This document shows, in pieces, positions 41,726-51,276 of a DNA stretch of 64,000 nucleotides. The notes below the pieces were generated by a model. The model saw only the letters and a program-made list of their open reading frames with translations. It did not search any database and had not been told where the DNA came from. A program made the translations under genes and the position numbers. How positions within the stretch are numbered: the first letter of the stretch is position 1; every line of letters starts with the position of its first letter. Source of the DNA: Candidatus Bathyarchaeota archaeon (lineage in GTDB: Archaea > Thermoproteota > Bathyarchaeia > Bathyarchaeales > Bathycorpusculaceae); the NCBI GenBank assembly GCA_963782525.1, contig CAWAKC010000001.1, positions 256,001 through 320,000 of the forward strand, in the 5' to 3' direction.

Positions 41726-42706
41726 GTTAGTCTCTTTTTGAGACTTCTCTTTTAATTTTTTTACTTGATTTTTACTCTTGTAAGTAATCATTAGAAGCAC
41801 CACTATCGCGTATGCTGCTAGGGCAGCTATCAAGATAGGTACAACTAGCACGTTTTGTGAGGAATCGGTTTTCAGTGTAGACAATTGGTTCGATTGTGTT
41901 GAGTTGTCATTTGTGGACATTGTGGTTGAAGAAGTGAAGTTTTCCTGTGTTGCTGTAATCGAGACTGGAGTAGGAGTGGCTGCTTGTTGTTCACTGTCTG
42001 TTTTTCCCGTGGGGTTCATTGCTCGTTCGTCTTGCAGGTTATAGAGGACACCGTTGTGGTCAAAAGACAAGAGAACCTGACCAGTCAGTATGCCGCTTTT
42101 CGTTAACATCCAGTGAAAGCTGATCGAAAAACTTGAATTTGACCCAATGGGCACCGGCATGCCATTCACATTTTGCGAACCAATTATATCTGGAAACTTA
42201 GATATGGTTAGGTTTACGCCGTCCAAATTAACATTCGTTGTCTCGTTGTCTTTTACAAGGTTCAGCGTGTTTAAAAGACTGGTTGAATCAAGTCCAGTCT
42301 GTTGCTGATGCGCAAGCAGAATCCGTGTAGCAACATCTTCTAGGCGTGTGTAGGTTCTGTCGGCGGCTGGGGTGCCTGTCGGTCTTACGCCGCACTGGTG
42401 CAAAGCGCCGTTAACATATAGACAGACAATGTGGATTGTGCTGTCGTCAGATTTTAGGTCAATGTCAACTGCTTGAGTGATGGTTGAGTCATTTGTGCCT
42501 GAGGGAAGAGAATATGCGTTGCCGACAGTAATGTTATAGTGGCTTATGTCCAAGGGAAGAACGCTCTTTACATAGGTGAGAGCTTTGGTCTCAAGCTGAA
42601 CAGCCGTTTGGGAATACACTAATTGGTAAGGCTGAACAGACAAAATCAAGATAGCTAAAATAACCGATGAAATGGCAATCGTTAGAGTCCTCATGATTCG
42701 CACCAT
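41708..42706 (-). CDS. Hypothetical secreted, membrane-anchored protein
   Basis: N-terminal signal peptide, Ser/Thr-rich stalk, C-terminal TM and basic tail. Confidence 0.65.
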   Translation of the reverse strand: MVRIMRTLTIAISSVILAILILSVQPYQLVYSQTAVQLETKALTYVKSVLPLDISHYNITVGNAYSLPSGTNDSTITQAVDIDLKSDDSTIHIVCLYVNGALHQCGVRPTGTPAADRTYTRLEDVATRILLAHQQQTGLDSTSLLNTLNLVKDNETTNVNLDGVNLTISKFPDIIGSQNVNGMPVPIGSNSSFSISFHWMLTKSGILTGQVLLSFDHNGVLYNLQDERAMNPTGKTDSEQQAATPTPVSITATQENFTSSTTMSTNDNSTQSNQLSTLKTDSSQNVLVVPILIAALAAYAIVVLLMITYKSKNQVKKLKEKSQKETNLFFVD

Positions 42707-42745
42707 TCAACGCATTAGCCAGAACAATAATTTAGCTCTCCCCAT

Positions 42746-42773
42746 GGAACAGCCTGTTCCGCAAGAGGAACAG
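42746..42773. promoter_or_regulatory. Three GGAACAG/CTGTTCC heptamers forming two overlapping palindromes
   Basis: GGAACAG-C-CTGTTCC-GCAAGA-GGAACAG in a divergent intergenic region. Confidence 0.45.
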
Positions 42774-42846
42774 TGCCAAATTTATCCTTAAACTCGATGT
42801 GAAGTTGCCATAGGGTAATATATTAATAAAAACCAATCAACAGTCA

Positions 42847-43563
42847 ATGCGAAAAATTAAAGGTTCCAGCAGCTACCTCAAAAACCAAGTCAGAAAAAAC
42901 CTTGCCAAAGCTGGGCTAAGCGCAATACTGTTTGCAGCTGTCTCTGCCTTCTTAATCTTTAGAATCTTCTCAACCTTAAAAGTCGGCATGTTAGAGCTAT
43001 CAGGTCTTGTTTTCTTGGTTGTACCGCTGGGTGCTTTCTACTTTTTTTTGCGCAGGTACCACATTTACAATGCGGGCTTAGCAGGAGAAAAACAAGTTGC
43101 CAACCTCCTAACGCACACATTAAACGACGATTATTATCTCCTAAACGATTTGTATCTCCGAGATGGCGGCGGAGACATTGACCACTTAGTTCTGGGACCC
43201 AACGGCGTTTTCGTTTTAGAAACCAAGAACTGGAACGGAAACATCTCCTGCAACGGTGATGAGTGGCAGAGGTCTGGAAAACAGAATTTTTCGGGAAGCC
43301 CCAGCCGGCAAGTTAAGCGGAACGCTGCTAAAATTCAACAGATAATCGGCGGCAACCCGAACCTGCGAGCGTTGGGCATCGGGGTTGAAGGCATAGTGGT
43401 CCTCACAAACAACCATGCAACACTTCATGTTAGCAACCCCACCGTAACGATCCTAAAGCTTCCACAATTACCCAATCACCTAACAACCATTAGGAATTCT
43501 AGAATCCTAACTCGAGAACAGTTAGAAGCTGTCGGTAAAGAAATTGTTAAGCAGAAACACTAA
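42847..43563 (+). CDS. Membrane-anchored NERD-domain nuclease-like protein
   Basis: Two N-terminal TMs; G..GEK.V, DIDHLVLGPNGVFVLETKNW, SP.RQ. Confidence 0.85.
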   Translation: MRKIKGSSSYLKNQVRKNLAKAGLSAILFAAVSAFLIFRIFSTLKVGMLELSGLVFLVVPLGAFYFFLRRYHIYNAGLAGEKQVANLLTHTLNDDYYLLNDLYLRDGGGDIDHLVLGPNGVFVLETKNWNGNISCNGDEWQRSGKQNFSGSPSRQVKRNAAKIQQIIGGNPNLRALGIGVEGIVVLTNNHATLHVSNPTVTILKLPQLPNHLTTIRNSRILTREQLEAVGKEIVKQKH

Positions 43564-44227
43564 GATGCTTGGGCTCCGGTGGAGTAATTTTTAGCCAATC
43601 TTTCCGTTTGAGGCATACAAACGAAGTTATGCTTGTTATGAGTAAGCTGCTAATGACAAAGGAGTTTGGCAAGGCTTGGCTACTGTCCACAAGTGTAGAA
43701 AGCAGTATTGAAAAGCAGCAGTAAAGCGCAAATGCCCCAGTGACGAATTGGAGAATATGTAAACTCTTTCTTATTTGGTAAGCTTTGGTTTTTAAGCGGT
43801 TCAAGCCAGATTCCACTTTTTTAGAAACATCAGGCAAGTCATCTAAAAACAATGCTAAACCTGCCAAAAAGCATACGCGTCCAGCATTAACCCCTACGCT
43901 GTAGGAATCTACAAAGAACAGACTGGGCAACGGAATAGAAGTGAACGCGGTTACACAAGCTGATGTTGAAACCAGCACAAAGAAGCCGTAGACGTAATGA
44001 TGAAACAGGAAACGCCCAGTATGCAAAGTGCGCCCGATTGCGGCAGACGGAAAGATGTTGATTACTCCAGCGGCGAGAGCAATCCAAAACAGGTTGCCGT
44101 CAATTAGGAAAGGAGCATAGGGGTGCCAATGGGGATAAGATGTGTAGAACCCAGACAAGATGCCGACAACAGCTGCTACTGTGATTAGTGCATTGAATAT
44201 TAACGCAACACTGTAAATTTTCTTCAA
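43547..44227 (-). CDS. Hypothetical multi-pass membrane protein
   Basis: About six TMs; GRFLFHHYVYG and LDDLPD motifs. Confidence 0.6.
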   Translation of the reverse strand: MKKIYSVALIFNALITVAAVVGILSGFYTSYPHWHPYAPFLIDGNLFWIALAAGVINIFPSAAIGRTLHTGRFLFHHYVYGFFVLVSTSACVTAFTSIPLPSLFFVDSYSVGVNAGRVCFLAGLALFLDDLPDVSKKVESGLNRLKTKAYQIRKSLHILQFVTGAFALYCCFSILLSTLVDSSQALPNSFVISSLLITSITSFVCLKRKDWLKITPPEPKHLSVSA

Positions 44228-44506
44228 AATTACTTTAACAGAACCAGCCGTCGCCTTCCCTCACAAAGCCTTTTCCTTAAATTTATCAAAAATTGTTTGG
44301 TCAACCGACTTTTTATATGTAACGTAAGTTAAGGGTTAATTTTCCCCAACAGAACATCAGCCAGGTTTGACAACTTACAATTTTTCGGTCGATTAAAATA
44401 TTTACGTATCGCCCTAGTCAAGTCACCAGTTAAAACGGTCGATTTAAACGAGCCCAGGGAACAGTGAAGAGAACCTTTTTATTTCGTTTTTCATAGGCAA
44501 TCTTGA

Positions 44507-44875
44507 TTGGTGAATCCTTTGGCAAGTATCGGTTTAGGCTCACTGGTAGGCTTCATAGTAACAGTAATCGTAAGCTTACTCTATCCAGGTTTAGGGTTCA
44601 TAGTTGGCTCATTATTGGGAGGCTTCATAGCTGGACTCATTGCTCGCGGCATTTTAGGCGGCTCTATGGCAGGTTTGCTCTCTGGATTCGCTAGCGCAGT
44701 TGTATTGGCAATCCTATCTTTCCTACACCTTATCGTAGTTGAAACCATTAGGCATGGAGTTCTTGGTTTCCTTTTCGGCGGCTTGGCAGGACTAGTTTTA
44801 GGAGTAATAGCGCTCGTATTGGTTACGGTACTTTCTGGAATCGGCGGCTTCGTCGGCGGAGCAGTCACACACTAA
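44507..44875 (+). CDS. Gly-rich small membrane protein (DUF5518-like)
   Basis: GGFIAGLIA, G..AG.LSG, GIGGFVG. Confidence 0.6.
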   Translation: MVNPLASIGLGSLVGFIVTVIVSLLYPGLGFIVGSLLGGFIAGLIARGILGGSMAGLLSGFASAVVLAILSFLHLIVVETIRHGVLGFLFGGLAGLVLGVIALVLVTVLSGIGGFVGGAVTH

Positions 44876-44879
44876 GCGC

Positions 44880-46433
44880 TTACCGGTCTAGCATGAAGGT
44901 TTTCTCATGAGTCGCCTGCTCTGGAATACGGTCCAAAATCATTTTTTCCTCGGGCTTTTTGCTCAATACAATGGGTGACAGTTGCTGCGCTAACTCTAGT
45001 GCTGACGCCAACTTACTGCTTCTTTCGGCGTAAATTTCAAACAGTACACCATTTTTATGTACGCTTCCGCCTAGTTTAGCATGCAATAGTACACCTGCAC
45101 CCTTCTCTTTCGGAGCCCCAGCTTCACGGGCAATCCGAACAATATCGTCAGTACTAAGCCAAAGGACTTTGCCAGCAACGTCCGAACGCACCACAGCCGA
45201 TTCGGGTCCAACAGGCAAATCTTCAGGCTTAATCGAGGGGTTTCCGCCTTGAGCAGCGATGATTTCACGCATCTTTGCCATCGCCTTGCCCGAATCAATC
45301 ATTTCTTCAGCCATCCCACGGGGGTTTTCAACATCGACCATTTCAAATAACATACTTGCAAGGCTCAAGGCTTTCTCACGTAAATCAGGCGGACCGCTAC
45401 CCATCAGTGTAGTCAACGCTTCCCTTGCCTCCAACGCTGGTCCGATCCCGCAACCCAACGGTTGATCTCCAAAAGTCAAGGCACATTGGATGTTTAAATC
45501 TAAACGTTTACCCAAATCAACAAAATCAGACGCTAATGTGTATGCTTCGGTTCGGGTCTTAATTTTTGCGCCCATGCCAGTGGGAATGTCGATAACGACG
45601 TGTGTGGCGCCGATGGCTTTTTTCTTGCTTAGAATCGAGGGCAACAACATGGGGTCGATTCCCAAGGGGTACTCGACTTGGATAAAGAGGTCGTCGGCTG
45701 GTGCAAGCTCCAGTGACCCGCCCCAAACGAGGCATCCGTTGGTTTTTTTGACAGTTTCTTTGATTTCTTTTATGGTTAGGTTTACGGGGCAGAGGGTTTC
45801 TACGCGGTCTGCGGTTCCTGCCGGAGATGTTATGGCTCGCGATGAAGTTTTGGGAATGGTGAACCCTGCTGCCGCCACAATTGGCACAACGAGCATGCTG
45901 GTTTTGTCGCCAGGTATACCACCGACGCTGTGTTTGTCAAGAATGGGCCCGGGTCCAAAATCGAGAGTTTTACCCGTCGAAATCATGGCACGTGAAAGAG
46001 CTTCTGTTTCGCCAGTGCTAAGTCCATGGATGCTGAGGGCTGTGAGGAATGCGGCGATTTCAACGTTGCTCAAATGCCGCTCAACCACATCTTTCACGAT
46101 GGCGACAAGGTCCTGTTCGCGTAACCGTTCTCCATGAAGTTTTGCTCGAATGTTAAAGAGAGATTCAGGAAGCGGAGCCAAAGTCACATTAACTGTCTCG
46201 CCTTCCTCTACCCCGAGGGCAGCAACAGTTTCTCGATAGAGCCCGATTCGGTTTGGAGGAAAATAATCGGCGATGTTGGCGATAGCTATCATTTCTTGGT
46301 TTTTGCAGGTGATTTTTATTCTGTCAGAACTGTGCACGCCCAGCAAGTTGGCGCTTTGTTCGCTTAGTAGGGCGATTCTACTACCGCCCGTGGTAATCAT
46401 CAAGACTTCAACGCTGAGTTCCATCTGAAACAC
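44880..46433 (-). CDS. AMP phosphorylase (thymidine phosphorylase family)
   Basis: DKHSVGGIPGDK, PKTSSRAITSPAGTAD, WGG.L.LAPADD, SILSKK, GIGPALEA; N-terminal extension of the archaeal AMPpase type. Confidence 0.93.
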   Translation of the reverse strand: MFQMELSVEVLMITTGGSRIALLSEQSANLLGVHSSDRIKITCKNQEMIAIANIADYFPPNRIGLYRETVAALGVEEGETVNVTLAPLPESLFNIRAKLHGERLREQDLVAIVKDVVERHLSNVEIAAFLTALSIHGLSTGETEALSRAMISTGKTLDFGPGPILDKHSVGGIPGDKTSMLVVPIVAAAGFTIPKTSSRAITSPAGTADRVETLCPVNLTIKEIKETVKKTNGCLVWGGSLELAPADDLFIQVEYPLGIDPMLLPSILSKKKAIGATHVVIDIPTGMGAKIKTRTEAYTLASDFVDLGKRLDLNIQCALTFGDQPLGCGIGPALEAREALTTLMGSGPPDLREKALSLASMLFEMVDVENPRGMAEEMIDSGKAMAKMREIIAAQGGNPSIKPEDLPVGPESAVVRSDVAGKVLWLSTDDIVRIAREAGAPKEKGAGVLLHAKLGGSVHKNGVLFEIYAERSSKLASALELAQQLSPIVLSKKPEEKMILDRIPEQATHEKTFMLDR

Positions 46434-46502
46434 TCACTAACCAATTATGCTTGGAATAGTTAAAGATTTTAAGGCAAACCCAATGAGTCTAACTGTCGAG
46501 GG

Positions 46503-47732
46503 TTGCTCTTGAAGTATCTTGACTTTATAGATTTAACTTACAAGCCTAAAGAAACCGATTTAATCTGCATTTTTTACGTTGAACCTGAAGGCATCAGCCT
46601 AAAAGAAGCCGCTGGTGGAGTGGCTGCAGAAAGCTCTGTGGGAACTTGGACAGAACTAACAACTGAGAAACCTTATGTTAAACGGTTGGCTGCCCACGTA
46701 TTCAGCATCGAAGGCAATGTAATCAAAATTGCATATCCTATCGAACTCTTTGAGCCATCGAACATGCCAAACATCCTAAGTAGCGTAGCTGGAAACGTTT
46801 TTGGTTTAAAAGCACTCAAGAACCTGCGCCTCCTCGACATAGAATTCCCCAATCAGCTCCTGAACACTTTCAAGGGACCAGCGTTTGGCATAGCTGGAAT
46901 CCGAAAGCTCCTCAAAATCCCAAAGCGCCCCCTTGTAGGCACTATAATCAAACCTAAGCTCGGATTGGAAACCAAAGACCACGCCAAAGTTGCCTATGAA
47001 GCATGGTTAGGGGGATGCGACGCTGTAAAAGACGACGAGAACCTTAGTAGCCAAAGCTTCAATCCCTTCGAAGAACGATTAGCGCAGACGTTGGAAAGCC
47101 GCGACAAAGCCCAAGAAGAAACGAATGAACGTAAAGTCTACATGATTAACGTCACCGCCGAAACCCAGACCATGCTCAGTCGAGCTCAAGCTGTGGTTGA
47201 CCAAGGAGGCGAATACGTAATGGTGGATATCTTAACCTGTGGTTGGTCAGCCCTGCAAACACTCAGAGACCAGAACTTCAAACTAGTAATACATGCACAC
47301 CGAGCTGGACATGCAGCGTTCACCAAGAACCCATTGCACGGCATCGCCATGAAACCAATTGCCACTGTTGCTAGAATAATCGGAGTAGACCAACTTCACG
47401 TTGGCACAGTCGTCGGGAAAATGTCAGAAACTAAAACAGAAGTCATCGAAAACATCGAGGCTTGCAAAGCTGAAATGGGACTTCTAAAACCTGTTTTGCC
47501 CGTTGCAAGCGGTGGATTGCACCCTAGATTGGTTCCAGCACTCATGGAAACCTTCGGCTACGACTTCGTCATCCAAGCAGGCGGCGGCATCCATGGACAC
47601 CCAGACGGGACAGTTGCAGGTGCTAAAGCAATGCGCCAAGCCGTCGACGCAACCCTATACGGAAAAACCCTCGAAGAATATGCCAAAACCCACCATGAAC
47701 TCGCCTCAGCACTGAAACAGTGGAAAACTTGA
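46503..47732 (+). CDS. rbcL: Form III ribulose-1,5-bisphosphate carboxylase
   Basis: AAESSVGTWT, AGNVFG, GTIIKPKLG, KDDE, HAHRAGH, GTVVGKM, ASGG, GGGIHGHP. Confidence 0.95.
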   Translation: MLLKYLDFIDLTYKPKETDLICIFYVEPEGISLKEAAGGVAAESSVGTWTELTTEKPYVKRLAAHVFSIEGNVIKIAYPIELFEPSNMPNILSSVAGNVFGLKALKNLRLLDIEFPNQLLNTFKGPAFGIAGIRKLLKIPKRPLVGTIIKPKLGLETKDHAKVAYEAWLGGCDAVKDDENLSSQSFNPFEERLAQTLESRDKAQEETNERKVYMINVTAETQTMLSRAQAVVDQGGEYVMVDILTCGWSALQTLRDQNFKLVIHAHRAGHAAFTKNPLHGIAMKPIATVARIIGVDQLHVGTVVGKMSETKTEVIENIEACKAEMGLLKPVLPVASGGLHPRLVPALMETFGYDFVIQAGGGIHGHPDGTVAGAKAMRQAVDATLYGKTLEEYAKTHHELASALKQWKT

Positions 47733-47774
47733 GCGCTTTTGCCTAATTGGAAGCTTAATGGTAAATTATACTAT

Positions 47775-48587
47775 CTATTGTTTGCCACCAAGTTTTTCGT
47801 AGATGAAAGCTCCAATCAAAACCGACAACACATCGATTAAACCTCTCAAAAATATGTCAAGAAGGCTTATTTCAAAAACAAGTGGGATAAAGAAATTAAA
47901 GAAGAACAAGTCGATCCCAAACACCACTACGGCAAATAACGCGGCTTTAGCAAATGGTGATTTCGCTTCAATTCCCATTGATAAGACAGAATACATCAAG
48001 CCTATTGAGAGTCCAGTTATGGCTGCCCAAATCAAGGTTTGAAGTGGCGATGTGATAAACGAGCTGAGTATGGGCAGAAACAGGTAGCCAAGTACCCGGA
48101 TAACCACAAAAACCAATGGAAACACCACTATGACGGCTGTTTTGCGGTTAATCCCGATGGCGTGTGGTTGCTTTTCTTTTGACGCCAAAAACAATCCCAG
48201 TAACAACCCCAAGCATACTAAACCTGAACCGTCAGCTAAAGGATAAGACAAAAGATCCACAACTGAACCTGAAGCTGAAGGCAGTGGTTCAAACAGGTAG
48301 GCAACCCACATTAAAGCAAACAAGCCGCCGAAAACCAAGCCTTTAACCAGCTTGTTAAATGGTAAACGGCGTTGTATTAGAACAAAGACGATTCCAAGTA
48401 ACGAATAGCCGAAGAATGCGTAGACGGTGAAGACGAGTGGTAACAATCCTGCATTGACGATAATGCTTGGAGGAAAATACGCTTGACTTGTTGAGGGAAT
48501 AAACAGTTGAATTATAACTCTAAACATCGTTGCAAGGAATGCAACGCAAAAGAGCTTCAGCCAGCCGCGTTTGTTGAGATCAAACAT
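47775..48587 (-). CDS. Hypothetical multi-pass membrane protein
   Basis: About eight hydrophobic segments with an apparent internal two-fold repeat. Confidence 0.6.
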   Translation of the reverse strand: MFDLNKRGWLKLFCVAFLATMFRVIIQLFIPSTSQAYFPPSIIVNAGLLPLVFTVYAFFGYSLLGIVFVLIQRRLPFNKLVKGLVFGGLFALMWVAYLFEPLPSASGSVVDLLSYPLADGSGLVCLGLLLGLFLASKEKQPHAIGINRKTAVIVVFPLVFVVIRVLGYLFLPILSSFITSPLQTLIWAAITGLSIGLMYSVLSMGIEAKSPFAKAALFAVVVFGIDLFFFNFFIPLVFEISLLDIFLRGLIDVLSVLIGAFIYEKLGGKQ

Positions 48588-48608
48588 AAATTGAATCTTG
48601 CCTTCTGG

Positions 48609-49529
48609 TCACTTGATTAGCCATGGATAACTGCATCTTATTGACTCAACAATTGATTGGGGTGCGATAATCCCTTCTTCACAGATTAAGCCGTGGATAT
48701 AGCGGTTTGGAGTAACGTCAAAAGCGGGGTTGCGCACAGTAAGTTTTGCTGGTGCTTCGCTCCAAACCTCCGCAGGATTGCGTTGCTCGATTTTTTCGCA
48801 TTCGCCAATTAGCGTTGCTGGGTCGAATTTGAGCAGTTCCGAAACCACATAGAAGGGCACTCTGGCTTCATGGGCTAAAATTGCGATTCCGCTTGACCCA
48901 ATCTTGTTAACTACGTTCCCTTCAGAGGTGATGGCGTCGGCTCCCACTATAACCAAGTCAACGTCTCCTATGAATGTCCGTGCCGCAGAATCAACGATAA
49001 ACGTAGTTTCAATGTCCAAATCAACGAGTTCTTTAGCAGTTATTCTTCCCTGAAACGCGGGGCGGGTTTCGGTACATATGACTCTAAAATTTTTGCCGCT
49101 TGCTTTGGCTATGGCGAGCAGTCTGGTTACCGTTGATGAGTGGCAATGCGTAAAAACCACTGAGCCGTCGCGGATTCGTTTGGCTCCAATTTCTGCTATG
49201 CGCTCTTTTGAATCTTCTAAATCTTTTAGGAACTGGGTGGCTGTTGCGCTTACTGTTTGGCTGAGTTCGGCTACTTTTTCGGTTTTTGCGCTTTGAGCTT
49301 GGGTGATTAACCGGCGGATGGCGTTTCGCATTAAGGGTTCGGTTTCTCTGGATGCAGCAAATATAGTTTGGGCTTCTTTGAGTTCGCCCATGAACTGGGT
49401 TTTGGTTTTTGTTTTTGTTTGCTCTGCTTGGGTTCGGATGGCTTTCACCGCTGCTATGGCAACGTTTCGTGCGCCTTGAACTTCTAGCTTCTTGATTTTT
49501 TCTGCAGTAGTACGGATTGTTTCTGACAT
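48609..49529 (-). CDS. Ribose-1,5-bisphosphate isomerase (eIF-2B alpha/beta/delta family)
   Basis: VQGA..VA, THCHSSTV, ETRP..QG, GADAI, NKIG, NPAFDVTP; clustered with AMP phosphorylase and RuBisCO. Confidence 0.9.
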   Translation of the reverse strand: MSETIRTTAEKIKKLEVQGARNVAIAAVKAIRTQAEQTKTKTKTQFMGELKEAQTIFAASRETEPLMRNAIRRLITQAQSAKTEKVAELSQTVSATATQFLKDLEDSKERIAEIGAKRIRDGSVVFTHCHSSTVTRLLAIAKASGKNFRVICTETRPAFQGRITAKELVDLDIETTFIVDSAARTFIGDVDLVIVGADAITSEGNVVNKIGSSGIAILAHEARVPFYVVSELLKFDPATLIGECEKIEQRNPAEVWSEAPAKLTVRNPAFDVTPNRYIHGLICEEGIIAPQSIVESIRCSYPWLIK

Positions 49530-49601
49530 AATTTTTCAACCCAAGAGCTTTGTTTTACTATTTGTGGAGAAGCATATAAGCAAATTCGTAACAACTGGTT
49601 A

Positions 49602-50750
49602 GTGAACGATATGTTGCCTGACGAAGATAGCATTAACAGTATCCTGCGACCGTACATTCAGCCTTGGTATGATTCCATCGAGGACCCGCAAAAGGCACAA
49701 GAGCGGGTGCTGGCTGATTTGGTGGCAAAATATGCATCCACAGAATACGGTGTCAGCCACAACGCTGTACAAGTCAGGGGCATTGTTGATTATCAGGCTA
49801 ATTTTCCCATAATTAATTATTCAGGGCTCATTCCATACCTCAAACAGGTAAAAGAACTAAGCTACAAAGCGTTTTTGTCTGAACCGCCTGAAACATGGGT
49901 TATGACCCGCGGCTCAACAGGAAAATCAAAAGTCTTACCAGCAACCCAAACTCACCTAAAACAAATCTATAGCTGCGGCGCAAGGGCCCTCATAAACTAC
50001 GCTGTACGAAAAAAGAACTATGAGGTTTTTCTGGGCGTTATTTTGAACTTGAATTTTCCCTCAAATGTCCATTCAATGGAGGTCAACGGCGAACAAGTAA
50101 CCTACGGCTACAGTTCAGGCACCTACGCCCGCCTCAATCCCATGTTCGACAGGGTAAGCCTTATGCCACGCCAAGAAGAAATCGACGGTTTAGGTGGTGG
50201 AGTCAGCCGGAAAGATTGGCAGAAACGCTTTGAACTCGTCTACCAGATGGCGCTCAACCAAAACGTAACAGCTGCAATGGGAGTTACCCCTGTAATCCTA
50301 TCTTTTGCCAGATACATTAAACACAAATACGGAAAAAAACCCGTCGACCTATGGAAAACCCAAGCCATATTCCTAACAAGCGTACCCAAAATTCACTTCA
50401 AGTATGAACCGATCATCAAGAGTTACTTTGGGGACGTGCCAATCGTAGAAATGTACACGGCTACCGAAGGTGTTTTTGGACAGCAAATAGATGATTTGCC
50501 CTACATTACCCCAAACTACGACACATACTTCTTTGAAGTTGCCACCGGAAAAGGCGTCAAGATGCTGCATCAACTCAAGCGGGGGGAATGGGGCAGACTA
50601 ATCGTTTCTTCGTGTATGTTTCCGCGCTACGACATGGGCGACTTGATTGAGGCAGCTGGAAAAAACTACTATCGAGTGTTCGGAAGAAACAAAGCCTTCA
50701 CTTTGCTGGAGCATAGGCTTTACCGAGCGTTTTTAGGTTGGATAGTCTAA
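49602..50750 (+). CDS. GH3 auxin-responsive-family acyl-adenylate-forming ligase
   Basis: P...Y..L.PY, TRGSTGKSK.LP P-loop, EMYTATEG.FG, YFFE, RYDMGD, FGR. Confidence 0.8.
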   Translation: MNDMLPDEDSINSILRPYIQPWYDSIEDPQKAQERVLADLVAKYASTEYGVSHNAVQVRGIVDYQANFPIINYSGLIPYLKQVKELSYKAFLSEPPETWVMTRGSTGKSKVLPATQTHLKQIYSCGARALINYAVRKKNYEVFLGVILNLNFPSNVHSMEVNGEQVTYGYSSGTYARLNPMFDRVSLMPRQEEIDGLGGGVSRKDWQKRFELVYQMALNQNVTAAMGVTPVILSFARYIKHKYGKKPVDLWKTQAIFLTSVPKIHFKYEPIIKSYFGDVPIVEMYTATEGVFGQQIDDLPYITPNYDTYFFEVATGKGVKMLHQLKRGEWGRLIVSSCMFPRYDMGDLIEAAGKNYYRVFGRNKAFTLLEHRLYRAFLGWIV

Positions 50751-51160
50751 TTTGGCTGCGGTGAACGTTTTCGTGCAACTAACGCAATGTAGATGGCGCC
50801 GACGATTATGATTATGCCAATTATCAGCAGCATAATCGCCCAGCTTTGCCCTGTATCAGCGAAATAGCCACTTAACTGCAGTACCGAGAACAAACCAAGC
50901 GTAATTAAGATTAATCCACCGATTAAATAACCTATAAACCCAGCTTCACCCTTCTCGTTTTTTTCGCCTTTCTCTGGGCGATCGCGGTTTGTCTGTTTTT
51001 CCTGTTTTTCGTTTTTTTCTGATTTCTCATCTCTTCTGCGGTAAGGCTGAGGGGGAACAGGTTGACCTGTCGGGACGGTATTTTTTAATGATGCCCCGCA
51101 CCGTGGGCAAAAAACCATTGCGTCATCGACTTTATTGCCACATTTCGGACAATACGACAT
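50747..51160 (-). CDS. Zinc-ribbon membrane protein
   Basis: YCPKCG...FCPRCG, EK-rich linker, two C-terminal TMs. Confidence 0.78.
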   Translation of the reverse strand: MSYCPKCGNKVDDAMVFCPRCGASLKNTVPTGQPVPPQPYRRRDEKSEKNEKQEKQTNRDRPEKGEKNEKGEAGFIGYLIGGLILITLGLFSVLQLSGYFADTGQSWAIMLLIIGIIIIVGAIYIALVARKRSPQPN

Positions 51161-51276
51161 GCAAATTCATCCACTTCCTATTTTATCAGCTCTGAGTATT
51201 TAAAATGCACACATGCAATTTTTTATGGAAAGATATATTTGCCAAATTTAACATTGACGAATGGAGAAGCATTCCA

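Noticed and set aside
48609-49529. Annotation as eIF-2B subunit or methylthioribose-1-phosphate isomerase
   Set aside because: THCHS motif and clustering with AMP phosphorylase and RuBisCO favour R15P isomerase
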